64,000 nt of DNA from Eubacteriales bacterium (GTDB lineage: Bacteria; Bacillota; Clostridia; Oscillospirales; CAG-272): positions 8,673 to 72,672 of the forward strand of contig JAZQOM010000066.1 of the NCBI GenBank assembly GCA_045627885.1, given 5' to 3'. The notes under the pieces are model-generated. The model worked only from the letters and a program-made list of their open reading frames with translations. It was not told the origin of the DNA and ran no database searches. The position numbers and the translations under genes are program-made. Positions within the stretch are counted from its first letter, which is position 1. The number at the start of each line of letters is the position of its first letter. Of the stretch, positions 48,657 through 58,691 are shown piece by piece.

Positions 48657-49541
48657 CTATCTGATAATTTGAACTTCGCATTCTATGTCTTTTTGTTCTA
48701 TTCTCTTTACTTCGGATTTTACTTTCTCTATAAGCAAAAGAACATCGTCGGCAGTGGCGCCGCCGAGATTTACTATAAATCCGGCGTGCTTTTCCGATAC
48801 CGCCGCTTTTCCGACCGACAGACCTTTAAGCCCGCATCTGTCTATCACCTGCGCGGTGATAAATCCGTTGCCGCGCTTGAACACACTGCCGGCGCTTGGC
48901 AAATCGAGCGGCTGTTTTTCCACTCTGCGCGTCATATAGTCGTCCATTACCGCTTTTATTTCTTTGGGCTCTTTCGGGGAGAGCTTTACCGTAAGTGAGA
49001 TAACGGTGTATTTTTTGTGTTGGAACACGCTGTCCCTGTACGAAAAGCCGAGCCCGTCTTTTTCTATCGAAAATATTCTTCCGCTTTCGTCGCATACGCG
49101 AACGGACTGCGCCACATCCGATATCTGACCGCCGTATGCTCCGGCGTTCATAAATACCGCGCCGCCGACCGCTCCGGGAATGCCGTATGCGAATTCAAGC
49201 CCCGAAAGTCCGCGTAAAAATGCTTCCTTCGCCGCAGAGGTGAGCGGAACGCCTGCTCCGAAGGTCATACAATCTCCGTCCGCAGAAACGCCCGTGAGCT
49301 TTTTTGTTACTATTACGACGCCGTTAAAGCGCTTTTGCGCAAACAGCACATTACTTCCGTTACCCAAAACAATATACCTTATGCCGTCCTTTGCAAGAGC
49401 CTTTACAAGCTCCGCAAGAGCTTCTTCCGTTTCGGGAAAAGCAACAGCGTCCGCAATTCCGCCAATCTTAAAGGTGGTGTGCGGAGCTATGGAAGCGTTT
49501 TCTTCAAAAGTGCAGTTATGTATGCCAAGATATGAGGCCAT
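48657..49541 (-). CDS. murB: UDP-N-acetylenolpyruvoylglucosamine reductase MurB
   Basis: HTTFKIGG, LGNGSN and SAGSVFK motifs. The ATG at 49541 is preferred (GGAGGT RBS, no overlap with hprK) over the ORF-track 49622. Start is moderately uncertain. Confidence 0.88.
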   Translation of the reverse strand: MASYLGIHNCTFEENASIAPHTTFKIGGIADAVAFPETEEALAELVKALAKDGIRYIVLGNGSNVLFAQKRFNGVVIVTKKLTGVSADGDCMTFGAGVPLTSAAKEAFLRGLSGLEFAYGIPGAVGGAVFMNAGAYGGQISDVAQSVRVCDESGRIFSIEKDGLGFSYRDSVFQHKKYTVISLTVKLSPKEPKEIKAVMDDYMTRRVEKQPLDLPSAGSVFKRGNGFITAQVIDRCGLKGLSVGKAAVSEKHAGFIVNLGGATADDVLLLIEKVKSEVKRIEQKDIECEVQIIR

Positions 49542-49551
49542 TTTACCTCCG

Positions 49552-50523
49552 TCAGCTTTCGCTGTTCTCAGAATTATGTTCTGCCAAAATTGCCGCTTCG
49601 TTTTCTCTAAGCTGTTTTTCAAGGCGCTTGTTGAATTCTTCCGCGGTGTTGTAGCCCATCTTTTTCTGTCTCTGATTCATCGCCGCTATCTCGAGAATGA
49701 CGGCGAGGTTTCTGCCGGGGCGTACGGGAATGGTTAAGCTCGGCAGCTTTATGCCGAGTATTTCGATGTAGTCGTTTTCAAGCCCGATTCTGTCATAGAA
49801 TTTGCCCTTTTCCCACGGCTCGAAGTTAATCACAAGGTCGATTTTTTCGGTATCCTTTACAGCTCCCATACCGAAGATACGGCTTACATCGACAAGACCG
49901 ATTCCGCGGAGCTCGACCATGTGCTTTATCAGCTCCGGAGAGCTGCCGACAAGAGCCTTGCTTGAAACCTTTTTTATTTCAACCGCGTCGTCCGCGATAA
50001 GTCGGTGTCCTCTCTTTATGAGCTCTATCGCCGTTTCGCTTTTGCCGACGCCGCTGTCGCCCAAGATGAGCACGCCTTCGCCGTAGACTTCAACTAAAAC
50101 GCCGTGCCGCGTGATTCTCTGCGCAAGCTGAACATTGAGGTATGCGACGAGCGAATACGAGAAGTAGCTTGTTCGATGCTCGGTGCGGCATATCGGAACG
50201 GCATTTTCTTTTGCTATTCCGATAAATTCGGGGAATATGGAAAGGCTCGATGTGAATATTATACAGCAGGGGCGGAGCTTGCACAGTCTGCCGAACGCGG
50301 CGATTCTCTCCTCTTTTCCGAGGTCTGTCAGGTATTTGTGCTCTGTTCTGCCGATAAGCTGAATTCTTTCCTTGTCGAAAAGGTCGGAATATCCGGTAAA
50401 CGCAAGCCCGGGATGATTTACATCCGCGCTTTTTACAAGTCTTTGCGAAAGGTCGTCGGGAGCGTAAACCGTTTCAAGTGCAAAATTGTCGATTATGTTT
50501 TCGAGTGCAACGGTGTATTCCAT
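49552..50523 (-). CDS. hprK: HPr kinase/phosphorylase
   Basis: P-loop GDSGVGKSE and the signature IEIRGIG-like ELRGIGLVDV. Start moved to the ATG at 50523 (MEYTVALE). The 121-aa ORF-track extension is non-coding. Confidence 0.92.
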   Translation of the reverse strand: MEYTVALENIIDNFALETVYAPDDLSQRLVKSADVNHPGLAFTGYSDLFDKERIQLIGRTEHKYLTDLGKEERIAAFGRLCKLRPCCIIFTSSLSIFPEFIGIAKENAVPICRTEHRTSYFSYSLVAYLNVQLAQRITRHGVLVEVYGEGVLILGDSGVGKSETAIELIKRGHRLIADDAVEIKKVSSKALVGSSPELIKHMVELRGIGLVDVSRIFGMGAVKDTEKIDLVINFEPWEKGKFYDRIGLENDYIEILGIKLPSLTIPVRPGRNLAVILEIAAMNQRQKKMGYNTAEEFNKRLEKQLRENEAAILAEHNSENSES

Positions 50524-50563
50524 AAAAAGCATCTCCGTATATAAGTATAATAAATCAATATAT

Positions 50564-50592
50564 ATTATATACCTGTTGTCCGTCGTTTTCAA
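50564..50592 (-). promoter_or_regulatory. sigma-A-type promoter for the hprK operon
   Basis: On the minus strand: TTGAAA, a 17-nt spacer, then TATAAT. Confidence 0.6.
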
Positions 50593-50666
50593 TAGATTTG
50601 GCGCGATTTTGTATATTCGCTCATAAAATACGGATAATATAACGAAAAAAATTGTGGAGTAAGGTA

Positions 50667-50828
50667 ATGGGAGCAAAAGTAAAGGCGTCGGTGGAGATTG
50701 ACGGCATTGTGTACGAATTTTACAAAAAGGTCGGAGAGAACATAAAAAAATCTCCCGAGAAGGTGATGGCAGACGCACTGTTGCGCTTTGCACAGATGGC
50801 GGCGGACGGTATGTTCGATAAAAAATAA
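50667..50828 (+). CDS. small ribbon-helix-helix-like protein, 53 aa (not in ORF track)
   Basis: Product is MGAKVKASVEIDGIVYEFYKKVGENIKKSPEKVMADALLRFAQMAADGMFDKK. The pattern of a beta strand followed by two helices looks CopG/antitoxin-like. The GGAG RBS is weak. Confidence 0.4.
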   Translation: MGAKVKASVEIDGIVYEFYKKVGENIKKSPEKVMADALLRFAQMAADGMFDKK

Positions 50829-50995
50829 ATAATTCCGCTCTTTCGGCGCGCGCCCGTGAGGATGTTTTTTGAATCCTTGCCGCCACGCGTCGAAAACATC
50901 ACTGCGAACATAGCGGGCAATATTACTTGTCTTGAGACTTTTGAATACAAAGTCGTTGCCTGCAACTGTGCTTTGGGCAAATATAAAATAAAGAA

Positions 50996-51035
50996 ACCTG
51001 CCGAAAAGGATTTTCCTTCTCGGCAGGTATTTTTT
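50996..51035. terminator. bidirectional intrinsic terminator downstream of alr
   Basis: 15-bp stem with one mismatch, ACCTGCCGAAAAGGA / TCCTTCTCGGCAGGT. T-run on plus, A-rich run upstream. Confidence 0.75.
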
Positions 51036-51080
51036 GCAAACACTGCCTTATCAACCCGCGGCATTCCGAGCGGATTATTA

Positions 51081-52223
51081 CTATTCTACAACAGTGCTGA
51101 ATATTCTCTTTCGGTCGAAGCTGCACAGAATCTCATAACTTATCGTTCCGACGGCTTCTGCAATCCTCTTTGCCGGAAGCGTTTCCGCTCCGTCGGAGCC
51201 GAATACAGTGGCGATATCGCCTACCTTGCAGTCTATATCCGAGACATCAACCATACACTGGTCCATACATATCTTGCCTAAAATCTTTGCACGCTTTCCG
51301 CCGATGAGCATATATCCCTTTTCCGACCATGCTCTCGGAAGCCCGTCTGCGTAGCCAATCGAAAGCGTGGCAACCGTCATATCGCGGTTTGCCTTAAATG
51401 TGCATCCGTAGCTGACTGTTTCTCCGCTTCTCAATGTGTGCAGATGTATCACCGAGCACTTCAAGTCCATCGCGGGCTTTAAGTTGGGGCCGCCCTCCGC
51501 TCCGTACAGTATAATGCCGGCTCTCACCATATCCATATGGCAGTACGGGAAGTTCACTATCGCATCGCTGTTGCATATATGGCGAGTCAGAGGCCCGATG
51601 CCGAGCTTTGCGAGCTTGTTTGTTATGGAAAGGAAGTTGCGGTACTGGAATGCGTTGTAAATATCCGTCTTTTTGTCGGAAACCGCAAAATGCGAGAAGA
51701 TACCTTCGATGGTGAAATACGGCAACCTTGAAACCTGAACTATCTGCGCCGCGGAAATCTGTATGTCGTCTGCGTTCTTTGCGGCAAAGCCGATGCGGTT
51801 CATGCCCGTATCGAGCTTGATGTGAACGCGAATTTTAAGCCCTTTTTCGCGCAACACGCCGGAGAGCTCCGTCGCGTATGCGTATGAATAGAGAGCCTGA
51901 ATAATGTCGTTCTGTGCAAGAAGCTGAGCGTCGTCCGGCTCTGTCCTGCCGAGCACGATGATATCGCCCGAAATGCCGTATTCGCGGAGCTCGAGCGCTT
52001 CTCCGACCGTTGCTACGGCAAACATTTCCGCGCCCGCCGCCTCGAGAGCCTTTGCCACTCTTTCGCTTCCGTGACCGTAGGCGTTTGCCTTTACTATGGC
52101 GCACACCTTGCAATCGTCACCGACGAGAGAGCGGACATATTTATAGTTGTGAACAATGTTGTCGAGGTTTACCTCCGACCATACACGCTTTGTACGAATT
52201 TCCAATTTTATCTGTCCTTTCAT
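51081..52223 (-). CDS. alr: alanine racemase
   Basis: PLP-lysine motif AIVKANAYGHG and full-length Alr features. Start set to the ATG at 52223, which forms an ATGA overlap with the upstream lipoprotein gene. Confidence 0.93.
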   Translation of the reverse strand: MKGQIKLEIRTKRVWSEVNLDNIVHNYKYVRSLVGDDCKVCAIVKANAYGHGSERVAKALEAAGAEMFAVATVGEALELREYGISGDIIVLGRTEPDDAQLLAQNDIIQALYSYAYATELSGVLREKGLKIRVHIKLDTGMNRIGFAAKNADDIQISAAQIVQVSRLPYFTIEGIFSHFAVSDKKTDIYNAFQYRNFLSITNKLAKLGIGPLTRHICNSDAIVNFPYCHMDMVRAGIILYGAEGGPNLKPAMDLKCSVIHLHTLRSGETVSYGCTFKANRDMTVATLSIGYADGLPRAWSEKGYMLIGGKRAKILGKICMDQCMVDVSDIDCKVGDIATVFGSDGAETLPAKRIAEAVGTISYEILCSFDRKRIFSTVVE

Positions 52224-52732
52224 TGACTTATCGCGGAAAATCCCGTGATTTCCGCTTTTATTCCGTCGGATATAATGAGAAGCGGAACTCCGTGCGAATA
52301 ATAAAGCAGATTTCCGCCGATATCGCATATCATACATTTTGCACCGTAAAGCTCCGACTTGTAGGGAGAAAGCTCTTTTTTCTCCTTTGCCGCGTCCAGC
52401 ACTCCGAGAAGCACATCAAGCTTTTGCACCGAGCTTTGCACAAGAGCTACGGTTTTTCCGCCGTACTGTGCGGAAAAAGAATCTTTATCCGCGCATATTA
52501 CCGTGCCGGCTATTTCTTCGGGAAAAGAAAGCGTTAATTCGTATGTGCTTTCCCCGTGCAGGAGCTTTCCTCCGAAGAGAGCACCGCCGTCGGCTGTACA
52601 CACATTGAATGTGCATTCATAATCGCTTGCAATATTATTACAAAGAGCGTCGATATTGTTTTTGTCAGCCGAGCAACCGGCAGAAAAAACAAGAAGTAAT
52701 GCCGATAGGCAAACAATTATTTTGCGGAACAT
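52220..52732 (-). CDS. hypothetical lipoprotein
   Basis: Lipobox LLVFSAGC. Translationally coupled to alr. Confidence 0.7.
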   Translation of the reverse strand: MFRKIIVCLSALLLVFSAGCSADKNNIDALCNNIASDYECTFNVCTADGGALFGGKLLHGESTYELTLSFPEEIAGTVICADKDSFSAQYGGKTVALVQSSVQKLDVLLGVLDAAKEKKELSPYKSELYGAKCMICDIGGNLLYYSHGVPLLIISDGIKAEITGFSAISQ

Positions 52733-52756
52733 ATAAACACCCCCGGGGATTATTGT

Positions 52757-53584
52757 TTATACTTCCTTTTTTACCTGTTTTATCGCTTCGGGAATCAAAT
52801 CGGCGGCAAGTGAGGGCAGAGCCGAAAGCTCCGTGAATTTTTCAGCCGCCATATCGCCGGCGAGCCCGTTCAGATATACGGCACAGATGGCGGCATCAAG
52901 CGCGGAAAGACCTTGCGAAGCAAACGAAGCGAGCATTCCGGCAAGCAAGTCTCCGTAACCGCCCTTTGCCATTCCGGCGTTGCCTGTCGGGCAGACATAC
53001 AATTCGCTTTTGTTTGCAATTATCGTATTGTGCCCTTTGAGAACAAGTGTGCACTTATTATTGCACGCAAAAATGCGTGCAGATTTCTCTCTGTCTTTCG
53101 GAAAAGCGCCCGTAAGCGTCTCAAATTCTCCCTCGTGGGGAGTGATAACCGTGTTTTCGTTAAGCTTTGAACTAAGTCCCGATTCTTTGATAAGACCGAA
53201 TGCGGATGCGTCGAGAACTACGGGACAATTTGCTGTACTCAATATATATTCGAGAATTTCCGCATTATGAACATTCTTCTCTACTCCGCAGCCGAAAAGC
53301 ACCGCTTTTGCCTTTACAAGATATTTTTCGATGTTCTCGATGCTCGACTCCGTAAATACGGGCTCATCGAGCTTTGCCTGCAATACGGGCAGGGCATACT
53401 TATCGGATGCCTGATACAAAAGCCCCGTTCCGCAGAGCAGAGCTCCTTTTGCGGCAAGAGCCGCGGCGCCCGTCATATATCTGCTTCCCGTTACGGCAAG
53501 CATTGTTCCGACGCTGTATTTATTTGCCGCGACATCGCGCTTCGGCAGAAGCTTTGCGACTGCGGCTCCTGTTATTTCGGTCAT
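52757..53584 (-). CDS. nnrD: ADP-dependent NAD(P)H-hydrate dehydratase (YjeF C-terminal/carbohydrate-kinase fold)
   Basis: KYSVGTMLAVTGSRYMTGAAALAA and GNAGMAKGGYGDLLAG motifs. Confidence 0.88.
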   Translation of the reverse strand: MTEITGAAVAKLLPKRDVAANKYSVGTMLAVTGSRYMTGAAALAAKGALLCGTGLLYQASDKYALPVLQAKLDEPVFTESSIENIEKYLVKAKAVLFGCGVEKNVHNAEILEYILSTANCPVVLDASAFGLIKESGLSSKLNENTVITPHEGEFETLTGAFPKDREKSARIFACNNKCTLVLKGHNTIIANKSELYVCPTGNAGMAKGGYGDLLAGMLASFASQGLSALDAAICAVYLNGLAGDMAAEKFTELSALPSLAADLIPEAIKQVKKEV

Positions 53585-54114
53585 TTCATCATATCCCTTG
53601 TTACAATCTTGGGATTATAGTATCTGAAGCATTCGATGGCTTTAGGCGACGCATTGAAATATACGGCGCATTGACCGAGTGCCGCGTCTTTATACACGAA
53701 TCTGTAAGCGTCTTCCGCGTCCGTACTGCTGCACCCGATTATTTTTTTGAATTCCGGAGAATCCTTTGCGTCTTTTGCACGCAAAAGTGATTGCACATCG
53801 CCTATTTTTGCTTCGCACAGACGCCTTCTCGTTTTCTTGGCATAGATGGCGTCAAGCTGAAAATATCCCGATACTATCGTATATTCGTATTCGATTCTGG
53901 TTTTCTCGAGAAGATACCAACACAAAAGCCCAACAAGAAGCCACAGAATCAGAAAAAGTTCGAAGAATATCCTTGCTTTTGCCGACACAAGCACACCGAA
54001 GACCGAAGCGAGTACAACGACACACCAGAGCGCTATTATGAGAATTCTCACGAGCACCGTTTTCGCGTCTGCTTTTTTGGCTACGAGATATTCGGTATAA
54101 TTAGCAAGTTCCAT
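53581..54114 (-). CDS. hypothetical membrane protein
   Basis: Two TM helices. Start at the ATG at 54114 (GGAGG 6 nt upstream). ATGA overlap with nnrD. Confidence 0.65.
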   Translation of the reverse strand: MELANYTEYLVAKKADAKTVLVRILIIALWCVVVLASVFGVLVSAKARIFFELFLILWLLVGLLCWYLLEKTRIEYEYTIVSGYFQLDAIYAKKTRRRLCEAKIGDVQSLLRAKDAKDSPEFKKIIGCSSTDAEDAYRFVYKDAALGQCAVYFNASPKAIECFRYYNPKIVTRDMMK

Positions 54115-54238
54115 TCCGTACCTCCGAATTGAGTGAATAATCGCGGGCAACCGAAAATATAATTTACCACGGATATCATTTTACTACACATTATTGCGAT
54201 TTGCAACAAAAATTATTAAAAAAGAGGTGCAAAAGAAA

Positions 54239-55297
54239 ATGAAGTTCTTTTTAACATGGATGTTTGCGGCGTTTGCCGCGATGGCGGTGCTTCTTTACGG
54301 TTCGGGACTATCCTCGGCGAAGGCGCAGACCGTGCAGACGGGCGCTTTTTCGGAGGATAATTTAACGGACAATTTCTTATCCGATTATTTGATTCCGCTT
54401 CCGCAGAGCTTAAAGAACGCCGCCGACACTGAAATTGCGGAGAAAAAGCTCGAAATTTCCGTCTACAATTCAAAGGCGAAAGCATATATGAATATGCCGC
54501 TTGATGAGTATCTTTACGGGGTATTGCTTGCGGAAATGCCGCAGAGCTTCGGCGACGAGGCGCTAAGGGCTCAGGCGGTGGCGGCAAGAACCTTAGCGGC
54601 GTACAAGCTCGAGTCAAAGCCGTCGGCCGAGCACAAAAACTCCGCCGTATGCACATCTTCCGGACACTGCATGGCGTATATCAGCCCCGAGGATTATGTT
54701 GCGGCGTCCGGTGACGCTTCGTATCTTCTCAGAGTAAAAGAAGCGGTGGATTCCACCACGGGAGAAATACTGACATACGGCGGAAAGCCGATAATGGCGG
54801 CGTTTCACGCAAGCTCTTACGGGCGCACGGAAAACAGCTTCGATGTATGGGGTGCGGACTATCCTTATCTTAAATCCGTATCTACGCCCGAGGAGAATTA
54901 TCCCGACATCGTAAAGAATCTCGTAACCGAGAAAGAGGTCACGGAGCTCGAATTTTACGATGCCGTATGCAAGGCGGACAAAGATGCGGCGATAACCGCG
55001 TCGTCCGTAAAAAAGGGGATTTCACTCATAAATGACGAATCGGGAAGGGTAAAAACCGTCTGCATAGGCGACACGAAAATAAAAGCTTCGGCACTGCGCA
55101 CCGCGCTTTCGCTCAGGAGCACCGATTTTAAGGTGGAATACAAAGACGGAAAGCTCATTTTCACCGTCCGCGGAAGCGGGCACGGCGTCGGAATGAGCCA
55201 ATACGGAGCGGCGATAATGGCTGAAAACGGGGACTCGTACAAAGACATTCTTGCGCATTATTACAGCGGCTCTGCGTTGTCGAAAACGGCATATTGA
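54239..55297 (+). CDS. spoIID: stage II sporulation protein D (SpoIID/LytB-domain lytic transglycosylase)
   Basis: YLYGVLLAEMP...ALRAQAVAARTLA, AAFHASSYGRTEN and GHGVGMSQYGA motifs. Start at the ATG at 54239 with a signal anchor. Confidence 0.9.
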   Translation: MKFFLTWMFAAFAAMAVLLYGSGLSSAKAQTVQTGAFSEDNLTDNFLSDYLIPLPQSLKNAADTEIAEKKLEISVYNSKAKAYMNMPLDEYLYGVLLAEMPQSFGDEALRAQAVAARTLAAYKLESKPSAEHKNSAVCTSSGHCMAYISPEDYVAASGDASYLLRVKEAVDSTTGEILTYGGKPIMAAFHASSYGRTENSFDVWGADYPYLKSVSTPEENYPDIVKNLVTEKEVTELEFYDAVCKADKDAAITASSVKKGISLINDESGRVKTVCIGDTKIKASALRTALSLRSTDFKVEYKDGKLIFTVRGSGHGVGMSQYGAAIMAENGDSYKDILAHYYSGSALSKTAY

Positions 55298-55470
55298 CGA
55301 TATCACTGCCGATTTATTATGCAAAAGCTGCAAAATTCGGGCGCAAAATTGACAAAAAGGATAAAATTTGTTCAAATAATTCGGGGATAATGTATTGCTT
55401 TTTTTCGCAAGCGGTGTTACAATATAAATGTATAAAACCATTTATGCAAAACAAAGAAGGAGAAAACACC

Positions 55471-58400
55471 ATGAAAAAAAGCACACGGATATTGAGTGCT
55501 CTTGTGGTTCTCGTTATGGTGATTTCCGTATTCGGAACATTCACCGCAAGCGCAGAGCCGGCGCTCACACTTATTTCCGCAGAGCAGGTAAGCAACACGC
55601 AGATAAAGCTCACCTTCTCCGAAGCGGTAACTCTCAACAAAGCCACCGCACCTTATGTTGCAATAAGATATTGCGGCGACAATTACACGCTTAAAAGCCA
55701 TAAAGGTACGGCTCTTCAGGTAGGCGGAACACTCGTGCTCGACGGCACGAAGGTCGGCTATGTCAACTTTACGGCAGGTCTTAACGAAGTGCTTTCCGGT
55801 ACATATTACGGCGAGGCATATAAAGATGCAGGCGTTTATCTCTGCATTGAGGGCAAGCCGATTGCCGAAGAAAAGGATGTAATCGGAGTTGTCGATAACA
55901 TCAAAGCGACCGGAAGCGGAGCTTTCCTGCAGGCAACTGAAGGCAAGTACGGAACCGGCGACGACAAGAAGCGCGACGGTTTTTACTGCAAAGTCACAAA
56001 GGCGGCTGAGCAGCTTACCGTTCATGTAAGCACGCTTGACGAGCTCAGAGAAGCCGTTACGACTAAGAGAGGCGCAAAGGTCGTTCTCGATGACGATATC
56101 ACCATGAATGTATTCTCCACCGAGTATGATTCCGCCAACGGCGTTGTTATCGTAAAGAACGGCTCCGGCACCGAGCTTGCAAAGATTGGTACGGGCGAAA
56201 AAGGTACAACTGCGGGCGCAATCATTTCCGGAAGCCTTGCTTCGCTTACTCCGTGGACTATGTTCCAGACACTCAACTACACACAGATAGACGGTAACGG
56301 ACACAGCATCAAGGGCTTGTTCGTAAACGGCACAAAGGATGCGGCATTCGTCAAGACGATTCAGCTCGGCGAGCGCATCGACAACCTTACATTTGACGGA
56401 GCACTCGTGCTCTGCGGCGGAAGCCCCAACGATGTAGCCGTTGTAGCCGAGGTACTCAAAGGCGACTGCTTTAACACTCATGTAAAGAACGCCATGGTTC
56501 TCAACTACGCAAACGGACAGTACGGCAAAACCGCAGGTCTTATCGGACATTCTGAGTCCACATCTCTTGTTCAGAACGAGCAGCACTGCCCGACTATTGA
56601 CTACTGCACGGCATCCGGTACGATTCTTACTTACGGAACATCGGGACTCAACTGCTCATCTGCCGGAATTCTCGGTCAGAACAAGGGCGGCAAAGTCATA
56701 AACTGCGTAAACTACGCACTTGTAAAGGTCATAAACGCGAAGGCGTACGGACTTTCCGGCTTGGTCGGAATTGTCGAAGCAACCTTCGGCTCACTCAACG
56801 ACAGTGACAAGAAGTATGACACAAAGGGAATTGCAAACGCTTATGTTCTCAACAGTGCAAACTACGGCATAACAGAAGCCGCAACGGGAAATGTCGGCGG
56901 AATCACCGGCTACATCGACGCATATTGGTCAACAAACAACTCCATAGTAATCAATAATGTTTACGGCGGCGGAACGACCAATCTCGGCGGCGCGATAAGC
57001 GGTACCACCAAGGACTGCTACGAAGTGCTTGCAAAGATTGACAAGATTGCCTACACGGTCGCTCTTTCGAGCAGCGCTACCGTCGGAAATCTCACTGCTG
57101 CTTTCAAGGCAAACAGCTTTATGGTACAGCAGTGCGCCATAGATAAGGCTCTCCCGATTCTCAACGGAAACGCCGGAAATATTGAGGGCGCATACGGCTG
57201 GAAGAAGGTCGGCGACTACATCGTTCCCGATAAGAGCACCGCTCCCACAAGCCCCGCAGTACCTCTTTCCGATTTGCTTCCCGAGGTAAACGATGTTCCC
57301 GATTACGAAAAGGACGCAGAGGTTGCACTCCTTTCTGCCGAGATTATCGCGGACGATTTGATTAAGCTCACATTCTCCGAGCCCGTCAAGCTTGTCGGAA
57401 GCGTTTACGCGGCAGTAAGATTCTGTAATGTTTCGGCAGACGGCGTTCCTTCACTCAGAAGCTATTCAAAGAACGGCGGCACAGAATATCTCCAGCTTGC
57501 TCCCACAAGCATAGCTTACGGCAAAGATACAAATGTAGCATACGCAAGATACGCAGACGGCGGACTTCTCGACAAGAGCGCATTCACATCACGCTGGGGC
57601 GTTCAGACCGAATTTACCGCGATGACATTCTGCTTCCAGGGACTTGCACACGCAAGCATTCCGAGCCCCGAGCTTGGCTATGTTGACAACATTCAGTCTG
57701 CCGACGGAACAAAAGCTCTTAAGGCTACGCCCGGTAAGATTGATACCGCAAACGGAGTGACCGACGGTGCTTATGTAATGCTCACAACCGCAGAAGACCC
57801 GATTGAGCAGATTAAGATAGTATCCGCAGAGCTTGCAAGCGCAAACACGATAAAGGTTAAATTCTCCGAGCCCGTTCAGCTTATAGGCAAGGTTTACGCG
57901 GCCATAAGATACTGCGACGAGGGCGGCACGATTCTCCAGTACACAAGCAATGACTATGACAAAGACGGAACAGCCGGCAAGGTAGGAAGAACTGCGATGC
58001 AGTTCGGCAACAACAATTTCGTAATTGATTCCGAAGACAGCAGCTGCGCAATCTGGACATTCAGCGATAACGAAAAGGCTGTACAGCACACGCTTATTGA
58101 AGCTCTTGCCGGAACGGCATGGGGCGAAGAGGGCAAGAGCAAGCATCCCTTCTTCTGCATAGAGGGATTGGCTCATGCTTCCATAACCGCTCCTCTTACG
58201 GGATATGTTGACAACATTAAGGCTCTCGACGGAAACGGACTTCTCAAATCTCTCAAGGTTAACGCAGATGGAATAACCGACGCGGCAGCCTGTGTTGTTC
58301 CCCCGCACGAGCATACATTTGCGGAAGAGTGGAGCTACAACGACGACGCTCATTGGCACGCTTGCACACTTGAAGGCTGCGAGGCGAGAAAAGATGAGGG

Positions 58401-58656
58401 CTCACACGAGTTTACGGGAAATTCCTGCGAATGCGGCAAGACGCAGGAGGGCGGATATACAGCCGGAGATGTCGACAACGACAGCGATGTCGATGCGGAC
58501 GATGCAATATATCTGCTTTATCATGTATTCTTCCCCGCAAAGTATCCCGTATTGCAGAATTGCGACTTTGACGGAAACAGCTCCGTTGAAGCGGACGACG
58601 CGATATATCTGCTCTACCATGTATTCTTCCCCGCAAAGTATCCTATCGGAGAATAA
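55471..58656 (+). CDS. large secreted surface protein: three Big_5-like modules, a GLUG/beta-helix core, a Cys/His module and a C-terminal dockerin-like module
   Basis: Start at the ATG at 55471 (GAAGGAGA RBS, signal peptide ...TASAEPA). GLUG-like repeats TAGLIGH, SAGILGQ, LSGLVGI and VGGITGY. The C-terminus has two EF-hand-like loops, DVDNDSDVDADD and DFDGNSSVEADD, each followed by AIYLLYHVFFPAKYP. Confidence 0.75.
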   Translation: MKKSTRILSALVVLVMVISVFGTFTASAEPALTLISAEQVSNTQIKLTFSEAVTLNKATAPYVAIRYCGDNYTLKSHKGTALQVGGTLVLDGTKVGYVNFTAGLNEVLSGTYYGEAYKDAGVYLCIEGKPIAEEKDVIGVVDNIKATGSGAFLQATEGKYGTGDDKKRDGFYCKVTKAAEQLTVHVSTLDELREAVTTKRGAKVVLDDDITMNVFSTEYDSANGVVIVKNGSGTELAKIGTGEKGTTAGAIISGSLASLTPWTMFQTLNYTQIDGNGHSIKGLFVNGTKDAAFVKTIQLGERIDNLTFDGALVLCGGSPNDVAVVAEVLKGDCFNTHVKNAMVLNYANGQYGKTAGLIGHSESTSLVQNEQHCPTIDYCTASGTILTYGTSGLNCSSAGILGQNKGGKVINCVNYALVKVINAKAYGLSGLVGIVEATFGSLNDSDKKYDTKGIANAYVLNSANYGITEAATGNVGGITGYIDAYWSTNNSIVINNVYGGGTTNLGGAISGTTKDCYEVLAKIDKIAYTVALSSSATVGNLTAAFKANSFMVQQCAIDKALPILNGNAGNIEGAYGWKKVGDYIVPDKSTAPTSPAVPLSDLLPEVNDVPDYEKDAEVALLSAEIIADDLIKLTFSEPVKLVGSVYAAVRFCNVSADGVPSLRSYSKNGGTEYLQLAPTSIAYGKDTNVAYARYADGGLLDKSAFTSRWGVQTEFTAMTFCFQGLAHASIPSPELGYVDNIQSADGTKALKATPGKIDTANGVTDGAYVMLTTAEDPIEQIKIVSAELASANTIKVKFSEPVQLIGKVYAAIRYCDEGGTILQYTSNDYDKDGTAGKVGRTAMQFGNNNFVIDSEDSSCAIWTFSDNEKAVQHTLIEALAGTAWGEEGKSKHPFFCIEGLAHASITAPLTGYVDNIKALDGNGLLKSLKVNADGITDAAACVVPPHEHTFAEEWSYNDDAHWHACTLEGCEARKDEGSHEFTGNSCECGKTQEGGYTAGDVDNDSDVDADDAIYLLYHVFFPAKYPVLQNCDFDGNSSVEADDAIYLLYHVFFPAKYPIGE

Positions 58657-58691
58657 TTACCTCGAAAACGCATTGATAAGGTAGGACGATT

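Noticed and set aside
50524-50886. ORF-track N-terminal extension of hprK. Similar extensions occur for murB (49542-49622), alr (52224-52337), tsaE (26499-26681), HIT (6356-6442) and FAH (32080-32325).
   Set aside because: The extensions are Arg/Pro/Ser-rich or overlap upstream genes. Internal starts with Shine-Dalgarno sites give family-typical N-termini and lengths.
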